39,002 nt of DNA from positions 1 to 39,002 of the IMG/VR virus record IMGVR_UViG_3300020042_003012, one strand, 5' to 3'. A program made the position numbers and the translations under genes. This stretch comes from a virus (taxonomy: Duplodnaviria > Caudoviricetes). Below are positions 25,765 through 36,457 of the stretch, one piece after another (position 1 is the stretch's first letter; each line of letters begins with the position of its first letter). The notes under the pieces were generated by a model that saw nothing but the letters and a program-made list of their open reading frames with translations, made no database searches and was not told the origin of the DNA.

Positions 25765-27975
25765 CTATACATTTTGGTTGCCAAGGAAGGTAGTTGTCCA
25801 ACCAACCATCTGCATATCTTTACCTGTTTCACTAGAGAACTTAAGCTGCAATGCTTTACCTCTGCCTCTTACCTTATTCTTATTAATGACTAATGGGTAA
25901 CCATCGTCAAACGTAGTTAGTGGTTCAGCAAAATAAGGTCTAAGTTGTCTATATATTTGTACTTCATCTTGCCACTTACCAGCATAACTGTTGTCTGTAA
26001 AATCCCATCTTGTTTGCATCATGCAACCACTAGCGTTAACAGGGTTTGTATTCTCATCAAAACTAGTTTCTGTACGTTTCATAAACGTAGTGATGTATTG
26101 AGCACTCTTAGAACGTGCAGGGCCTACTTCAGCCATCTCATAACCAGTAATGAAATAAGACGTTTGTTCTACACCAGCATCGTTATACGTATACCAATCT
26201 TTAAACTTAGTAGTAGTTGTACGTGTATTCTCAAAGTCAGCAAATGTAAACGAATAGTTGTTACTAGTAACAGGATGCAATGTTAAAAACTTAAACTGTT
26301 GCACAGTACCATTAACTACAGACAATGTAGCTACGACACTATCAGCACTCACTGCCACAGTGTCTGCACCAACCAACACATCGTATGTGCTACTGCTCAA
26401 TGTAGTTTCTTTTGTAATTTCTAATGACACAGGAATAACACCCAATGTTGTGTCAAAGTCAAACCAATACCAACTACCTAGCTTAACATCTAGTGCCAAC
26501 ACACTAGTTTTATTATAACGACCACTGCTAGTAGAACCAGTGTCTGTTTTAGAATATAACCAATAGATAAGTTTATTACTGACGTTGTAACTACCTTCAG
26601 CATAGATTTTATTTAACACAGGTATATTCTGATAGAAAGTTTTAATATTTTTATCACTAATATTTTGTGAGCTAAACTCAGCACCTGTGTTTCCGGGGGC
26701 AAGTGTATAGATACCAGTGTTACTCCAATAAAGTAAACTGTCTTCCACAGCTACAATGGATTTAGCAGATGTACAACCCACGTTACTAACACGAGCTACT
26801 GAGTAGTTAGACGCTGTAAATGCTGTGTCAAGTCCACTGATGAACCATACACCGTTACTAGCCAACACTGCAATACCACGACCAAGTGGTTGCAATCCAA
26901 TAATTTCACCAGCTTCAGGAATCTGGATAGTACCACCATCACTATCTAACAAGTCACTGAACACTTCTGATGTAGGGTCATTCTGTTGATAACACTTACC
27001 AACGTTTCCAATAACATCCAACACTTGACTAAAATATATAGTGCCTAGTTCTTTAGCACTACCTACACCAGCATACCATGCACGACCAGCAAAGAAGGCA
27101 CACACTTTCGGTCTAAACGCAGTGGATGTAATAATGCTACTTCTATCTTGATAGAAAGCATTTAATATGTTACGACCTTTAGGTGCAGGTGATGTACCAA
27201 AGTCTTGTTTATTTAATAGAGCAGCATCAAAGTCATCAGATGTATTCTTACCTGAAATCCAATTCTTACTATTGGCAGGAAGTTTACTAGCATTAGCTGT
27301 CTTGTATGTAGTTAGTAATGTTTCTGTCCATCCTTGGTTAAACAAGTTATATTTAGCTTGTGTAAGGAATGTAGGAGTTAATGCTGTCCACTGAGCTTCA
27401 GTACGCTCTTGGTCAACAGCTAAAGGGGATTCAAAGCCTTCAAAGTCACGTATGTTAATTGTAATTGTAGACACAGTAATTGTGTCAGTAGATGCTGTGT
27501 ACTCAACCAATATAGGATTAGTACTAGAGGTAGTTACAATGAGTCTACCATAAGTGGATGCAAAACTAGCTACATCTGTACCATCGGTAGCAGTAGTACC
27601 TGTGGCTTTATAAGAACGTAAATCAATTGTAAATGACTTTCTAGTTGAACTAACGCTTCCTGATAAGGAATCATAGAACGACAGAGTGTAGCCAGTTTGC
27701 ACCACAAAGAAATTTAAATTACCATTACCACCAACAGTAGACCAATTACCTACAGTGAATGCCCACAAATCTTTTTGGTCAGCAGTAATGGCACTAGCGT
27801 AGAGTTGATAAAGACTTTCATAGTCAATACCATTTCTACGCTGTAATACACCATCTGTGTTTGGAACTACATTAACGCCATCTTTCCAACTATTCTCAGG
27901 CGTAATGAAGTAGCCCCCTTCTGTGTTGAGGCCACCTACAAAAGTAAAACTGCCCTTAACACTAGGTGCTACCAT
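25765..27975 (-). CDS. Tail tubular protein B / nozzle
   Basis: 736 aa beta-rich; FVGGLNTE start, AFFAGRAWY, IYFSQ; position in the tail module. Confidence 0.75.
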   Translation of the reverse strand: MVAPSVKGSFTFVGGLNTEGGYFITPENSWKDGVNVVPNTDGVLQRRNGIDYESLYQLYASAITADQKDLWAFTVGNWSTVGGNGNLNFFVVQTGYTLSFYDSLSGSVSSTRKSFTIDLRSYKATGTTATDGTDVASFASTYGRLIVTTSSTNPILVEYTASTDTITVSTITINIRDFEGFESPLAVDQERTEAQWTALTPTFLTQAKYNLFNQGWTETLLTTYKTANASKLPANSKNWISGKNTSDDFDAALLNKQDFGTSPAPKGRNILNAFYQDRSSIITSTAFRPKVCAFFAGRAWYAGVGSAKELGTIYFSQVLDVIGNVGKCYQQNDPTSEVFSDLLDSDGGTIQIPEAGEIIGLQPLGRGIAVLASNGVWFISGLDTAFTASNYSVARVSNVGCTSAKSIVAVEDSLLYWSNTGIYTLAPGNTGAEFSSQNISDKNIKTFYQNIPVLNKIYAEGSYNVSNKLIYWLYSKTDTGSTSSGRYNKTSVLALDVKLGSWYWFDFDTTLGVIPVSLEITKETTLSSSTYDVLVGADTVAVSADSVVATLSVVNGTVQQFKFLTLHPVTSNNYSFTFADFENTRTTTTKFKDWYTYNDAGVEQTSYFITGYEMAEVGPARSKSAQYITTFMKRTETSFDENTNPVNASGCMMQTRWDFTDNSYAGKWQDEVQIYRQLRPYFAEPLTTFDDGYPLVINKNKVRGRGKALQLKFSSETGKDMQMVGWTTTFLGNQNV

Positions 27976-27976
27976 A

Positions 27977-28231
27977 TTATGCTACGCCCTCAATTGGAAT
28001 GTTTCTACGTTGTGCAATTGCAATGATACGATCACGCCTAGTAAACAAGCCCTTTAACTCATCAGGTACAGGGCCAGACATAGAGTAACGAACACTGTAC
28101 AATCCACTAGGAGTAGCTTCAATAACAAGGCTGTTAACTTCACCAGCTAACTCACGCATCTCTTTACGTTCTTTAGCCATCTGTTTCTGCTCAGCAGCTT
28201 TCTTCATTACTTTGTCAAAGACTTCGCTCAT
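27977..28231 (-). CDS. Hypothetical protein in the tail module
   Basis: Coupled ORF with RBS. Confidence 0.7.
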   Translation of the reverse strand: MSEVFDKVMKKAAEQKQMAKERKEMRELAGEVNSLVIEATPSGLYSVRYSMSGPVPDELKGLFTRRDRIIAIAQRRNIPIEGVA

Positions 28232-28410
28232 TTCATTTCACCTTTCCACTTGTGCTGATTCACATCTTTAATTTCTTTAGAATGCTTAAAAGCTTTTTGT
28301 TCCATCTCAACAGCTTTGTCGAGAAACATGTTGCGTGCTTCTTGAGGAATTGATTTATCATTAGCCATCTCCCTATATTTTTCTGGTGTCAATTCTTTTT
28401 TATTCTTCAT
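28228..28410 (-). CDS. Hypothetical protein
   Basis: Coupled at both ends; GGAG/AAGG RBS. Confidence 0.6.
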   Translation of the reverse strand: MKNKKELTPEKYREMANDKSIPQEARNMFLDKAVEMEQKAFKHSKEIKDVNQHKWKGEMK

Positions 28411-29117
28411 TACCTTCTCCCGTAATTAACTTTGTTGTTATACTTGGCTTCACCATTCTCATTACGCCAAGCTTCGTTACGCATAGTATTTCTACCACGT
28501 TGTGCTTTACGTTCTTCTCTACCATTAGCTTGTTGTTTCAAGTTAACAAATGCTTGGCTCTTAGCTTCTGCTAGGAGGGTAGGAAAGAACTTCTCAGGGA
28601 GGTTAGGAACAAAGGTGTCTACATGAGTCCAACTAGCTTGTACAACAGCGTATACGCTTGTTTTAGCCCCTACAAGGGTGCTTTCTACAGTATAGTCATA
28701 CCCATCAAAAGTAATGTACTTGTCATCATAGCTAGTCCAATATTGTGGGTCTGCATTAATTACATAACCATTAGCATCAATAACATTTGCTTGTGCTACT
28801 CTATTATCAATAAGATTCTTAAAGTCTTCTGGTGTAACATATTCTACTTCTTTTTTATTATACTTAATCCACTTAACTTTATTCCAAGTATCACTCATCA
28901 TCATCTTGGTAGGATTACTAGTATCACCTAAGCCAGTGAGTTGTACAAGTTGAAACAAAAAAGGCCAGTCTCGCTGGCTAATAAGTTCAAAGAAAGCTTC
29001 TTTAATTAAGTCTGCTACCTGCACTGATTCTACTGTTTCATCAATAGAGTCTACAGGGTCACTGTCCATTGCAGACAGAATGTTCTGCGTCATATCTAAT
29101 AGCGTTAGTTTCGCCAT
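28410..29117 (-). CDS. Tail tubular protein A / head-tail adaptor
   Basis: TLLDMTQNILSAMDSDPVDSIDETVES start typical of adaptors; size and position. Confidence 0.75.
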   Translation of the reverse strand: MAKLTLLDMTQNILSAMDSDPVDSIDETVESVQVADLIKEAFFELISQRDWPFLFQLVQLTGLGDTSNPTKMMMSDTWNKVKWIKYNKKEVEYVTPEDFKNLIDNRVAQANVIDANGYVINADPQYWTSYDDKYITFDGYDYTVESTLVGAKTSVYAVVQASWTHVDTFVPNLPEKFFPTLLAEAKSQAFVNLKQQANGREERKAQRGRNTMRNEAWRNENGEAKYNNKVNYGRR

Positions 29118-29118
29118 A

Positions 29119-29766
29119 TTATGCTCCTGCGAAAATAGCGTTCAATTGCATTGCATATAAACGAATATTACCACTTCCACCATTGTTTAAAATATAAAGT
29201 TCAACATAATCACCTGTAGCCATAGTAGTAACAGTAGTACCACACATAACGTGTTTTTGTCCTGTAGTAGTTGTAATTACAGACTGACCACCAACAACAC
29301 TACCATTTTCATAAATAGCCACAACAAGATCACGATCTGCACCAGATGTTTGATCTAATGATACAGAATAAAAAACAGAAACAGGTACAGTGTCTGTACC
29401 AGTGTATGTAAGACGACCAGTGGTCGATTCAGTAAAGTTAGAAGGAAATCCACCTGCTGTAGTTGTAGGAGCAAGTTTAGTAAATGAGGACGGATAGGTT
29501 AGTGTATAAGGTGTGCCTAAATTATAAAAGTCTACTTGACCATGGGGTGTACCTGAAAGTACAAAGTTACCTGCACCATCGACAGTAATAGTATCACCTG
29601 CTTGACCATTTGTAGTAAGTCCACTAAGTTGTGGAGGACTAAGTTTTTTCCATGTACCACTACCTGTACCATTAGAAACATAAAGCTTATTAACTGTAGC
29701 TGCTGCTACACCTTTAGGTTCATGGATGTTCGGGTCAGTAATTGCAGAGTGTTGTACCGTTGCCAT
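29119..29766 (-). CDS. Virion structural protein (short fiber-like)
   Basis: Thr/Gly-rich; N-terminal HSAITDPNIHEPKG, beta-rich C-domain. Confidence 0.55.
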   Translation of the reverse strand: MATVQHSAITDPNIHEPKGVAAATVNKLYVSNGTGSGTWKKLSPPQLSGLTTNGQAGDTITVDGAGNFVLSGTPHGQVDFYNLGTPYTLTYPSSFTKLAPTTTAGGFPSNFTESTTGRLTYTGTDTVPVSVFYSVSLDQTSGADRDLVVAIYENGSVVGGQSVITTTTGQKHVMCGTTVTTMATGDYVELYILNNGGSGNIRLYAMQLNAIFAGA

Positions 29767-29777
29767 TGTTTCTCCAA

Positions 29778-29810
29778 AATAAAAGAGAGGAGCATTACAC
29801 TCCCCCCTTT
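29778..29810 (-). terminator. Rho-independent terminator after the capsid genes
   Basis: Minus strand AAAGGGGGGAGTG-TAA-TGCTCCTCTCTTTTATTTT (stem with G-U pairs, then U tract). Confidence 0.7.
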
Positions 29811-29818
29811 ACGTTACA

Positions 29819-30286
29819 TTAAACGTATTCTACAAAAATTGTAGCTGTACCAGCAGTGAATGTACCTGCAACAGTAACATACAAGTCAGTAGCTGCTGCA
29901 TACGCTTTAGGAGGGAGTTGACCCTCTGTAGAAGTATATGCATAAGAGCCTTGAGCTTGAATAGCAGCATTTGCTGTAAGGTTAGCAGTAGCAGCTTGTG
30001 TAGCTGTAATCCAGCCAGCAGCAGTAGTTGCGTCACCAAACGTCAGTGAAGTGCCACCAACCCAAGCAGTACCAACTTTCATGTACACGTTTTTAACGAT
30101 AGAGCCAGCAGGAATGCTGATCTTAGCACCACTTGCACCAGAGGTGCTTTGGTAAGTGATGTTTAATTGAGCAGACTTGTCGTTGCCGTCAACTTCGTTG
30201 ACACCAGCATCATTACGCTCAGGGAAGTTATTACCAAAACCAACAACCAAACCGTCGGCATTAGTCCATGTAGAAGCACGAGTCAT
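29819..30286 (-). CDS. Head decoration / minor capsid protein
   Basis: Ala/Thr/Gly-rich 155 aa ORF directly after the capsid gene and before the terminator. Confidence 0.6.
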   Translation of the reverse strand: MTRASTWTNADGLVVGFGNNFPERNDAGVNEVDGNDKSAQLNITYQSTSGASGAKISIPAGSIVKNVYMKVGTAWVGGTSLTFGDATTAAGWITATQAATANLTANAAIQAQGSYAYTSTEGQLPPKAYAAATDLYVTVAGTFTAGTATIFVEYV

Positions 30287-30304
30287 TTTATTATCCTTTC
30301 AATG

Positions 30305-31270
30305 TTAGATGGTGTTCTTGGTGATAACAGAAACCAAACACTCAGGACGATAGAGCTTCAAACCAAAACGTGCATTCATAACGTATTCGTCACGACGCAG
30401 GTCTTTGTTACGCTCATACTCAACACGAGGCATCTGGCGGTATGCACCAACAAACGGAGTCAAATCACCACCAACAGACATGAACAAGTTCACGGTAGGG
30501 GTAGCAGGTACGGTAACACCACCAAGGGTAGAGGCAGCAGCTTCAGAGGCAGCAGGGAGGAAGTTAGACACGTACACATCGAAACCAAAGATGTTACGGA
30601 TAAAACGCATACCTGTTACTTCGTTAACAAATCCACCTTGAACAATACCTTCAAAGGCAGGGTTGTTAGTGAATGCTTGTGCTCCAACCAGAGTGTTAAA
30701 CACATACTCTTGTGAAGGGTCGATAATGGCAACACGTGCGCCACCTGCTTGAGCCTTGTCCAAAGCGTATTTAGCTTTAGCAAAGTCAGACAGAGCCAAC
30801 ACAGTGTTAGTAGAACCAGACGCAACAAAGCGGTGGTCAGCACCATTAATAGCGTTCGCATTACCAGATGTTTGTTGATTGGCAAGAGAGAATACAGAAG
30901 ATTCCAAATTCTCATCCAATGCACGACGCATCTTAGTAGGGAACATACCAATCAGTTGAGCAGCGTAGTAGCTGTCTTGTTTGGCTTTATCAGTGATGTA
31001 TGTAGCGGATTCCACATAACGATCAATTGTGAAAGTGAATTCACCAGTATCCATTGCGTCATACACAACAGGGGTAAGTTCACCAGTTTCACGCATTGGC
31101 AACTCGCCAACAGAGGGGATAGTAAATTGATTACCATCAGGAAAACCATTGAGCATACGAACATACTTCGTACCCATCAATTGTTCTTGCAACACATCTT
31201 TCAATTCGGCAGACCAAAGTTCTGTGCGAACTAGATGGTCATTAACCTTTGCATAATCTGTACCAGCCAT
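30305..31270 (-). CDS. Major capsid protein
   Basis: 321 aa; ELWSAEL, FTIPSVG, C-terminal RFGLKLYRPE; strong AAGGAG RBS; follows the scaffold. Confidence 0.88.
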   Translation of the reverse strand: MAGTDYAKVNDHLVRTELWSAELKDVLQEQLMGTKYVRMLNGFPDGNQFTIPSVGELPMRETGELTPVVYDAMDTGEFTFTIDRYVESATYITDKAKQDSYYAAQLIGMFPTKMRRALDENLESSVFSLANQQTSGNANAINGADHRFVASGSTNTVLALSDFAKAKYALDKAQAGGARVAIIDPSQEYVFNTLVGAQAFTNNPAFEGIVQGGFVNEVTGMRFIRNIFGFDVYVSNFLPAASEAAASTLGGVTVPATPTVNLFMSVGGDLTPFVGAYRQMPRVEYERNKDLRRDEYVMNARFGLKLYRPECLVSVITKNTI

Positions 31271-31280
31271 TTAAATCTCC

Positions 31281-32015
31281 TTATTGCCCAAAATATAGGG
31301 CGGGGTTTTTCGTAACAGTTTGTTGTAACTTATATTGGAAGTCTTGTGACCAGTACATAGAAGGATTCTCTTTACGAATCTTTGCAGCCCATGCTTTTGA
31401 GCCTTCAATGTTTGATCTATCACCACCAGTAGAAGGTACTGAAGTTGTATTCATAGAACCAGTATCCATAGTGTTAGAGTTATTTGGAGTAACCCCAACA
31501 AACAAAGATACAAACTCTTGCGGGTCATTAGCTGCTAGTTCCATCAAGATTTGTCCTTTAGCTTGTGTTGTTGCACGTTGCTTAAAGACTTCTTCTGCTT
31601 TCTCACCAAACTTATCTTTCATAAGCTTGTCAGCAAGCATCAAATTATCTTGTCGTACTTTAGCTGTTTCACGACCTACTAACGTCTTCTCTACAAGCTG
31701 TTGCACATCTTCAGGGGTATAACCCTGAGCAGGAGGATTGTCGTTCTCTGGTGCATTGCTTTGTTTCGACATACGTTCCAAAACATCATCAATTGTTTTA
31801 GCTGCCATTGTCTGCTCACGTAGTTTACGATTTTCCTCTTTCAAGGTTTCAATAAACTGGTCAGCATTAGTGTAAGCTTTAGCCAATTCTTCTGGTGTTT
31901 TGTATTTTTGCGTTTCACCAACAAGTGCGGTAAAAAGCTGTCCCTCAGTTGTCGCTGCGGGTGTATTGGTGTTCTGGTTGTCGTCAGAGCCACCGAAAAT
32001 TGATGCATTGGTCAT
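31281..32015 (-). CDS. Capsid scaffolding protein
   Basis: LVGETQKYKTPEELAKAY..AD.FI, coiled coil; between portal and capsid. Confidence 0.75.
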   Translation of the reverse strand: MTNASIFGGSDDNQNTNTPAATTEGQLFTALVGETQKYKTPEELAKAYTNADQFIETLKEENRKLREQTMAAKTIDDVLERMSKQSNAPENDNPPAQGYTPEDVQQLVEKTLVGRETAKVRQDNLMLADKLMKDKFGEKAEEVFKQRATTQAKGQILMELAANDPQEFVSLFVGVTPNNSNTMDTGSMNTTSVPSTGGDRSNIEGSKAWAAKIRKENPSMYWSQDFQYKLQQTVTKNPALYFGQ

Positions 32016-32068
32016 GCGGAATCTCTCCTAAAAAGTTGACTGCCTTAGTGTCATGTTCTTTAAAAACG

Positions 32069-32320
32069 TTACCCTTTGGCAGAATCAGGTAACAAAGAAA
32101 TGATAAAATCTATCATTTTAGTCTGTCCCATCTGATAGCTAAGTTTAGCATAATGGTTAGGACAATCAAAATCATCTTTCTTAACATTGTTAATATCTTG
32201 ACTCATATTACTTAATGTCTTATATAAAGCTTCAAATACATAACTACTATTATTCCAAGCTTTAATAAATTCTTCATTACTACTATCTATAGGTTTATTA
32301 TTAAGTAATAGTTTATTCAT
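32069..32320 (-). CDS. Hypothetical protein after the portal
   Basis: GGAG RBS before ATG 32320 (MNKLL...). Confidence 0.7.
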   Translation of the reverse strand: MNKLLLNNKPIDSSNEEFIKAWNNSSYVFEALYKTLSNMSQDINNVKKDDFDCPNHYAKLSYQMGQTKMIDFIISLLPDSAKG

Positions 32321-32321
32321 T

Positions 32322-34088
32322 TTACTCCATTCCTTCTTCCATGTCAAGTGGTGCACCCATCGGGTCTACAGCAGCTTCTGTTTGTACATCTTCAGAGGCT
32401 TGGTTCATCAATCGTTGAGTCTCTGCTGCTTCAAACACAGAAGCATTATCCTGTACAATCTTGTAGTTTGACCATCCCAAGTTCTCCTCAAGAGCCTTGG
32501 CAATAGCCTTGCCAGACATGTGTGCAGCCACACCGGGGATGCTTTGTACAGCAGCAATAGTTTGTGTCAACTCTTGTACAAACCTAGCTTGGTCAGCAAA
32601 GTGTCTAGCACCAACAGGGTATATCTTACCTTCAGCCATCAAATCTGCTTTAGTAATCTCCACAAAGCTTTCTGTGTTATACTGCTCATCAATGGCACGA
32701 ATACGTTCTACACCTTCAAAATTACGGATAGATTCAGCCAACATACCATTCAACAGGGGTTCAAGAATGTTACGTTCAAACCAACTTACCTTGCTTTGGA
32801 AGATACGTCCAGCAGCATTCTCAAGGGTCTGCACTTCATACTTGGTCTTTTCACCGGGGGTACGGATACCCATAGCTTGTTTAGGAGCACCTGCCAGTTC
32901 CTCCATACGACCCATCAGTTCAGCAATTTGCATGTCTGCTTGCAGTGCTGTAGCATCAGGACGAAGGAAGTCTACCTTACCCTCATCTCCCACAAAGATT
33001 GTAGCACCGGGTTCGTATTCAAACTCCTCTACAGTGTTGCCATAAATCACCATGACAGGGTAGGCAATCAAATCAAATACGTCAGCCTTCAAGTTCTCCA
33101 AATGGTCAATACGATATTGCATACCTACCAGTTGGTCTAATGGGCCTTGTGCCCACAGGTTGTCTGTACGCAATCTCCAACCACAGTGGTGCATAGGTTT
33201 GTTGCCTGTCCACAACGGATTAGGTTGTTTACGCAACACCCACTTACGATCAATAATGGTAATGAGTTGATTACGCAATAAGGTCTTAGTATCTGGGTCG
33301 TAAATGTCACCCCAGAATTCCAACAACTCAACCATGTCACTTTCTAAATATTCATCTGCACTACCAAAACCATCAATAGCCATATTAACTTCTTTCTTAA
33401 ACTCAGGGTCATCCCTATAGTTTTGACGGAAAGAAATAGCTTTATCTACCACAGCCTTGTTATAATTAAGGTTGGGTTTTGTTTCAAGGTCTGTCATTAA
33501 ATCGCCAATTGATTTAAGCATTCTCCGTACCACAGGAGTTTTACTAAAATCTTCAGCTAATGGATTAAATACAATGTCGTTAGGATTAATACGATAGGCT
33601 TTAGGGCCAATATATCTATTAACTACATTACCAGTATCATCACTAATAACATCACGTACATAATCATAAGTAACAATTACATTACCAAAATCAATATAGT
33701 CATATACTAATTGGGATACCAACAATTGAAAGTTAGATGCTTTAAGTTTCTGTTTTAGATAATTAACAATTGCTTGTCTTTTAGCAGCAAGGTCTTTATC
33801 TTTATTAGTAGCCTCAAAGAAAAACCAGTTCTCAGAAGGGAACAATGCAGCCATGTAATTGGCATGAAGATTGTCACGAATCTGTGTAAGTTTAGGTGTA
33901 ACAGTAGAGTTTTTCCAAGGGAGTTTACTATTACTTGTCTTACGTGTATCAGTGGCAAAGATATAATTACGTAACTCTTGTTGGTCAGTTTTCCATACGC
34001 TACGGGCAGTATCCCACCGCATCCACATGTCAGCAATCTTATTAGCCAAGCTATCATCATTATAACTTACTTGTACATTTTCATTCAT
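32322..34088 (-). CDS. Portal protein
   Basis: 588 aa following the terminase; DYIDFGN, MGIRTPGEKT motifs; acidic tail. Confidence 0.88.
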   Translation of the reverse strand: MNENVQVSYNDDSLANKIADMWMRWDTARSVWKTDQQELRNYIFATDTRKTSNSKLPWKNSTVTPKLTQIRDNLHANYMAALFPSENWFFFEATNKDKDLAAKRQAIVNYLKQKLKASNFQLLVSQLVYDYIDFGNVIVTYDYVRDVISDDTGNVVNRYIGPKAYRINPNDIVFNPLAEDFSKTPVVRRMLKSIGDLMTDLETKPNLNYNKAVVDKAISFRQNYRDDPEFKKEVNMAIDGFGSADEYLESDMVELLEFWGDIYDPDTKTLLRNQLITIIDRKWVLRKQPNPLWTGNKPMHHCGWRLRTDNLWAQGPLDQLVGMQYRIDHLENLKADVFDLIAYPVMVIYGNTVEEFEYEPGATIFVGDEGKVDFLRPDATALQADMQIAELMGRMEELAGAPKQAMGIRTPGEKTKYEVQTLENAAGRIFQSKVSWFERNILEPLLNGMLAESIRNFEGVERIRAIDEQYNTESFVEITKADLMAEGKIYPVGARHFADQARFVQELTQTIAAVQSIPGVAAHMSGKAIAKALEENLGWSNYKIVQDNASVFEAAETQRLMNQASEDVQTEAAVDPMGAPLDMEEGME

Positions 34089-34101
34089 TTCTTATTTCCT
34101 T

Positions 34102-35628
34102 TTAGTAGGCTACGCCACCGTATTTTGAATTAAAAGCAACCACATTTGTTCGTTTACCCCATGTCCGATTAGATATAGGAGCTTTACAAATTTCAATACA
34201 AGAAGCTAATGCATCCTTAATATCATCGTGTTCAGGATTATTCATCATTAATTCTTCTTCTAATGTTTGACAATTACCACCTTTATAATGCCAGATTTGA
34301 TTATTATTATATCTAGGTTCTAGAATGGTAGCAATACGTTCAGCTTTACGCATATTCTTAGGTGGGTTATATTCATCAATTGTAAATACAATGTTTTGAC
34401 TACGCATATAATCTTTAAATTGTCCTACAATAAGACGCTGTGCAGCTACTACTTCACAACGCATCTTTTTAAATTTCCACTTACGATATACTAATTCAGC
34501 CTTATCATACATTACAGATATTTTATTTGTTTTAAATCTATCAATATCTAAAACATAAAAGTTATTATCTTCATCTACTCCAACCACCATGATAACAGTA
34601 TAGTCAGAGTTTGCGCCAATAGAATAAGCAAAATCCATTGCAGAATAGATATGTAGAAGTTTGTCTCCAAAGTACCACGCTCCACTAAAGTTTTCAATCT
34701 TATCACGTTCATAGTAGTTGAATCTACTACGGTCGATTAGTTGTGTTTCTACAGCATTAGGATTGTTATAATATTGAGCATAGAACTGTGTTACGTCCAG
34801 ATATTTAGCCTTCTTACGTGCTAGTTCTCTAGCATCAAATCCAAATACTTTACTATCTGTTCTACGTTGTTTAGGCCAAAGGAACTCTCCTCCAGTTTCT
34901 ACAACACGTTCAAATACTTCATAAACAGGATTCTCAATCTCTGTCTCATCGTCATCAGACATGTACGTTTCAGTCATCTCCATCATGTCTTTATACAAAT
35001 CACCGGGATGATAGCGAGTACCTACAGCCCACTCTCTAGCACCTGTAGATTCAATTGAAGATAGTTGTGAGTAGAATGATCTAACCTGATCTCTACCTAG
35101 CTGTGTATAAGCATTGTCAGGCACTACAACGTCATCTAGCACAGCTACATTACAATGTAACCCTGTGACGTTAGCTGTAATACCTGCTGCTTTAATTGTA
35201 GCATCACGAACACCTTCTGCCTTACGCTTAGGGTGATCTACAGAAATCTCATCCATAGACCAACGCTCTCGTTTACCTTCCATCTCATTAACCATTTCAG
35301 GCCAATAGAATCTGTATATATCTGATAAGAATATATCCTTAACAGCTTTAAGTTGTTTCTCTGCTAAGTTAGCTGTAGCAGACACATACAGTACAGTTGT
35401 CTCAGGGTGCTTTGTAACCCACCAAGCAACCCTATAAGCAATCATAGCACTCTTTTGATGGTCACGTGGCAACAGGACAAGTTGGTTGTCTTTAGCGTCT
35501 TCTCTGCCCCACCATGAACACAATTCCTCATGCACTGCACCAAGCATACGATGAGGAGCTACAAGTTTGATAAACGTTAATAAGTCAGCTTCTGCTGCCT
35601 GTCTAACCAGTTCTTTTTCAGTCACCAC
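34102..35628 (-). CDS. terL: Terminase large subunit
   Basis: PRDHQKS Walker A variant, VLDD Walker B, GTRY, nuclease MDFA...SDYT...HDDIKD. Confidence 0.92.
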   Translation of the reverse strand: MVTEKELVRQAAEADLLTFIKLVAPHRMLGAVHEELCSWWGREDAKDNQLVLLPRDHQKSAMIAYRVAWWVTKHPETTVLYVSATANLAEKQLKAVKDIFLSDIYRFYWPEMVNEMEGKRERWSMDEISVDHPKRKAEGVRDATIKAAGITANVTGLHCNVAVLDDVVVPDNAYTQLGRDQVRSFYSQLSSIESTGAREWAVGTRYHPGDLYKDMMEMTETYMSDDDETEIENPVYEVFERVVETGGEFLWPKQRRTDSKVFGFDARELARKKAKYLDVTQFYAQYYNNPNAVETQLIDRSRFNYYERDKIENFSGAWYFGDKLLHIYSAMDFAYSIGANSDYTVIMVVGVDEDNNFYVLDIDRFKTNKISVMYDKAELVYRKWKFKKMRCEVVAAQRLIVGQFKDYMRSQNIVFTIDEYNPPKNMRKAERIATILEPRYNNNQIWHYKGGNCQTLEEELMMNNPEHDDIKDALASCIEICKAPISNRTWGKRTNVVAFNSKYGGVAY

Positions 35629-35894
35629 TTAACCTTATCTGCCCAATATGCAGCACTCATCTTACCTTTGGCAATGTTGCTTGCATGACGAGCTTTGAAA
35701 CTCTCTCTACGCTTACGTGCAGCATCAGATTCACCTTCTGTCTTAGGGCTACCTGACACACCCTTTTGACCAAATCGAATGAGTTTTTCTTTGTCACCTA
35801 CTTTAGCCAACACTGCATGACTCTTAGTAGGATGGCTAGGTGTACGCTTAGGTTTATTATATCCAGAAAACGATTCTGAACCTTTCTTAATCAT
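35622..35894 (-). CDS. Small basic protein (KLIRFGQ...RRESFKARH...SAAYWA)
   Basis: Probable start MIKKG at 35894 with GGAG RBS. Confidence 0.75.
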   Translation of the reverse strand: MIKKGSESFSGYNKPKRTPSHPTKSHAVLAKVGDKEKLIRFGQKGVSGSPKTEGESDAARKRRESFKARHASNIAKGKMSAAYWADKVKW

Positions 35895-36097
35895 ACTTCT
35901 TCTCCAATTACTTCTGGTAAACATTTATAACTAACTGTCAAGTTAGGACGTTCGTTCATCATGTACAGTTCTAATGCTTTGTAATAGGCAACTTGCATAC
36001 ATGCTTCTTTTGTCTCATGCCTAGTACGGGGTTTATCCACAATAGGCTCAATACACTCATTTATTGCTAAGCATAATACAAATTCTATTACAAACAT
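35891..36097 (-). CDS. Hypothetical Cys-containing protein
   Basis: Coupled ORF. Confidence 0.65.
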   Translation of the reverse strand: MFVIEFVLCLAINECIEPIVDKPRTRHETKEACMQVAYYKALELYMMNERPNLTVSYKCLPEVIGEEV

Positions 36098-36109
36098 AAT
36101 GTACCTTTG

Positions 36110-36340
36110 TTAACGGTGTCTAGCTGTTTTCTTAGCTATGTTTTTAGGTTGTGCAACAAACTGTTTTCCTTTAGCATTACCTTTAGCCTTAGCTTTGTTA
36201 GTAGCTGCTTTTTCTGCTGGAGACAAGTCTTTCCACGCTGAATCAGGTAAATAACGTTTCTTACCTTTAGATGGTTTTCCATCTGATGTACGCCACTTTT
36301 GTGCAGTCCAATCCTTTAAAGATTGTTGCGGGTTCTTCAT
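36110..36340 (-). CDS. Small basic protein (DUF5872-like, C-part)
   Basis: PQQSLKDWTAQKWRT...KRYLP motif. Confidence 0.65.
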   Translation of the reverse strand: MKNPQQSLKDWTAQKWRTSDGKPSKGKKRYLPDSAWKDLSPAEKAATNKAKAKGNAKGKQFVAQPKNIAKKTARHR

Positions 36341-36444
36341 TTCATTTTCTTAGCGCATTTGCCCATTGCCTTGCATTTACTTGGTGTAGGGCATCCAGCA
36401 CAAGGCTTGAATGATTTAGTTGATTTAATTTCAATGATACGCAT
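36337..36444 (-). CDS. Cys-rich basic peptide (35 aa, MRIIEIKSTKSFKPCAGCPTPSKCKAMGKCAKKMK)
   Basis: Manual translation; AAGGAG RBS; ATGA overlap with the next gene; not in the ORF track. Confidence 0.7.
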   Translation of the reverse strand: MRIIEIKSTKSFKPCAGCPTPSKCKAMGKCAKKMK

Positions 36445-36457
36445 AAGTTACTCCTTG

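Noticed and set aside
36033-36041. Second perfect DnaA box TTATCCACA
   Set aside because: Isolated, inside a CDS, no neighbouring boxes; plausible by chance
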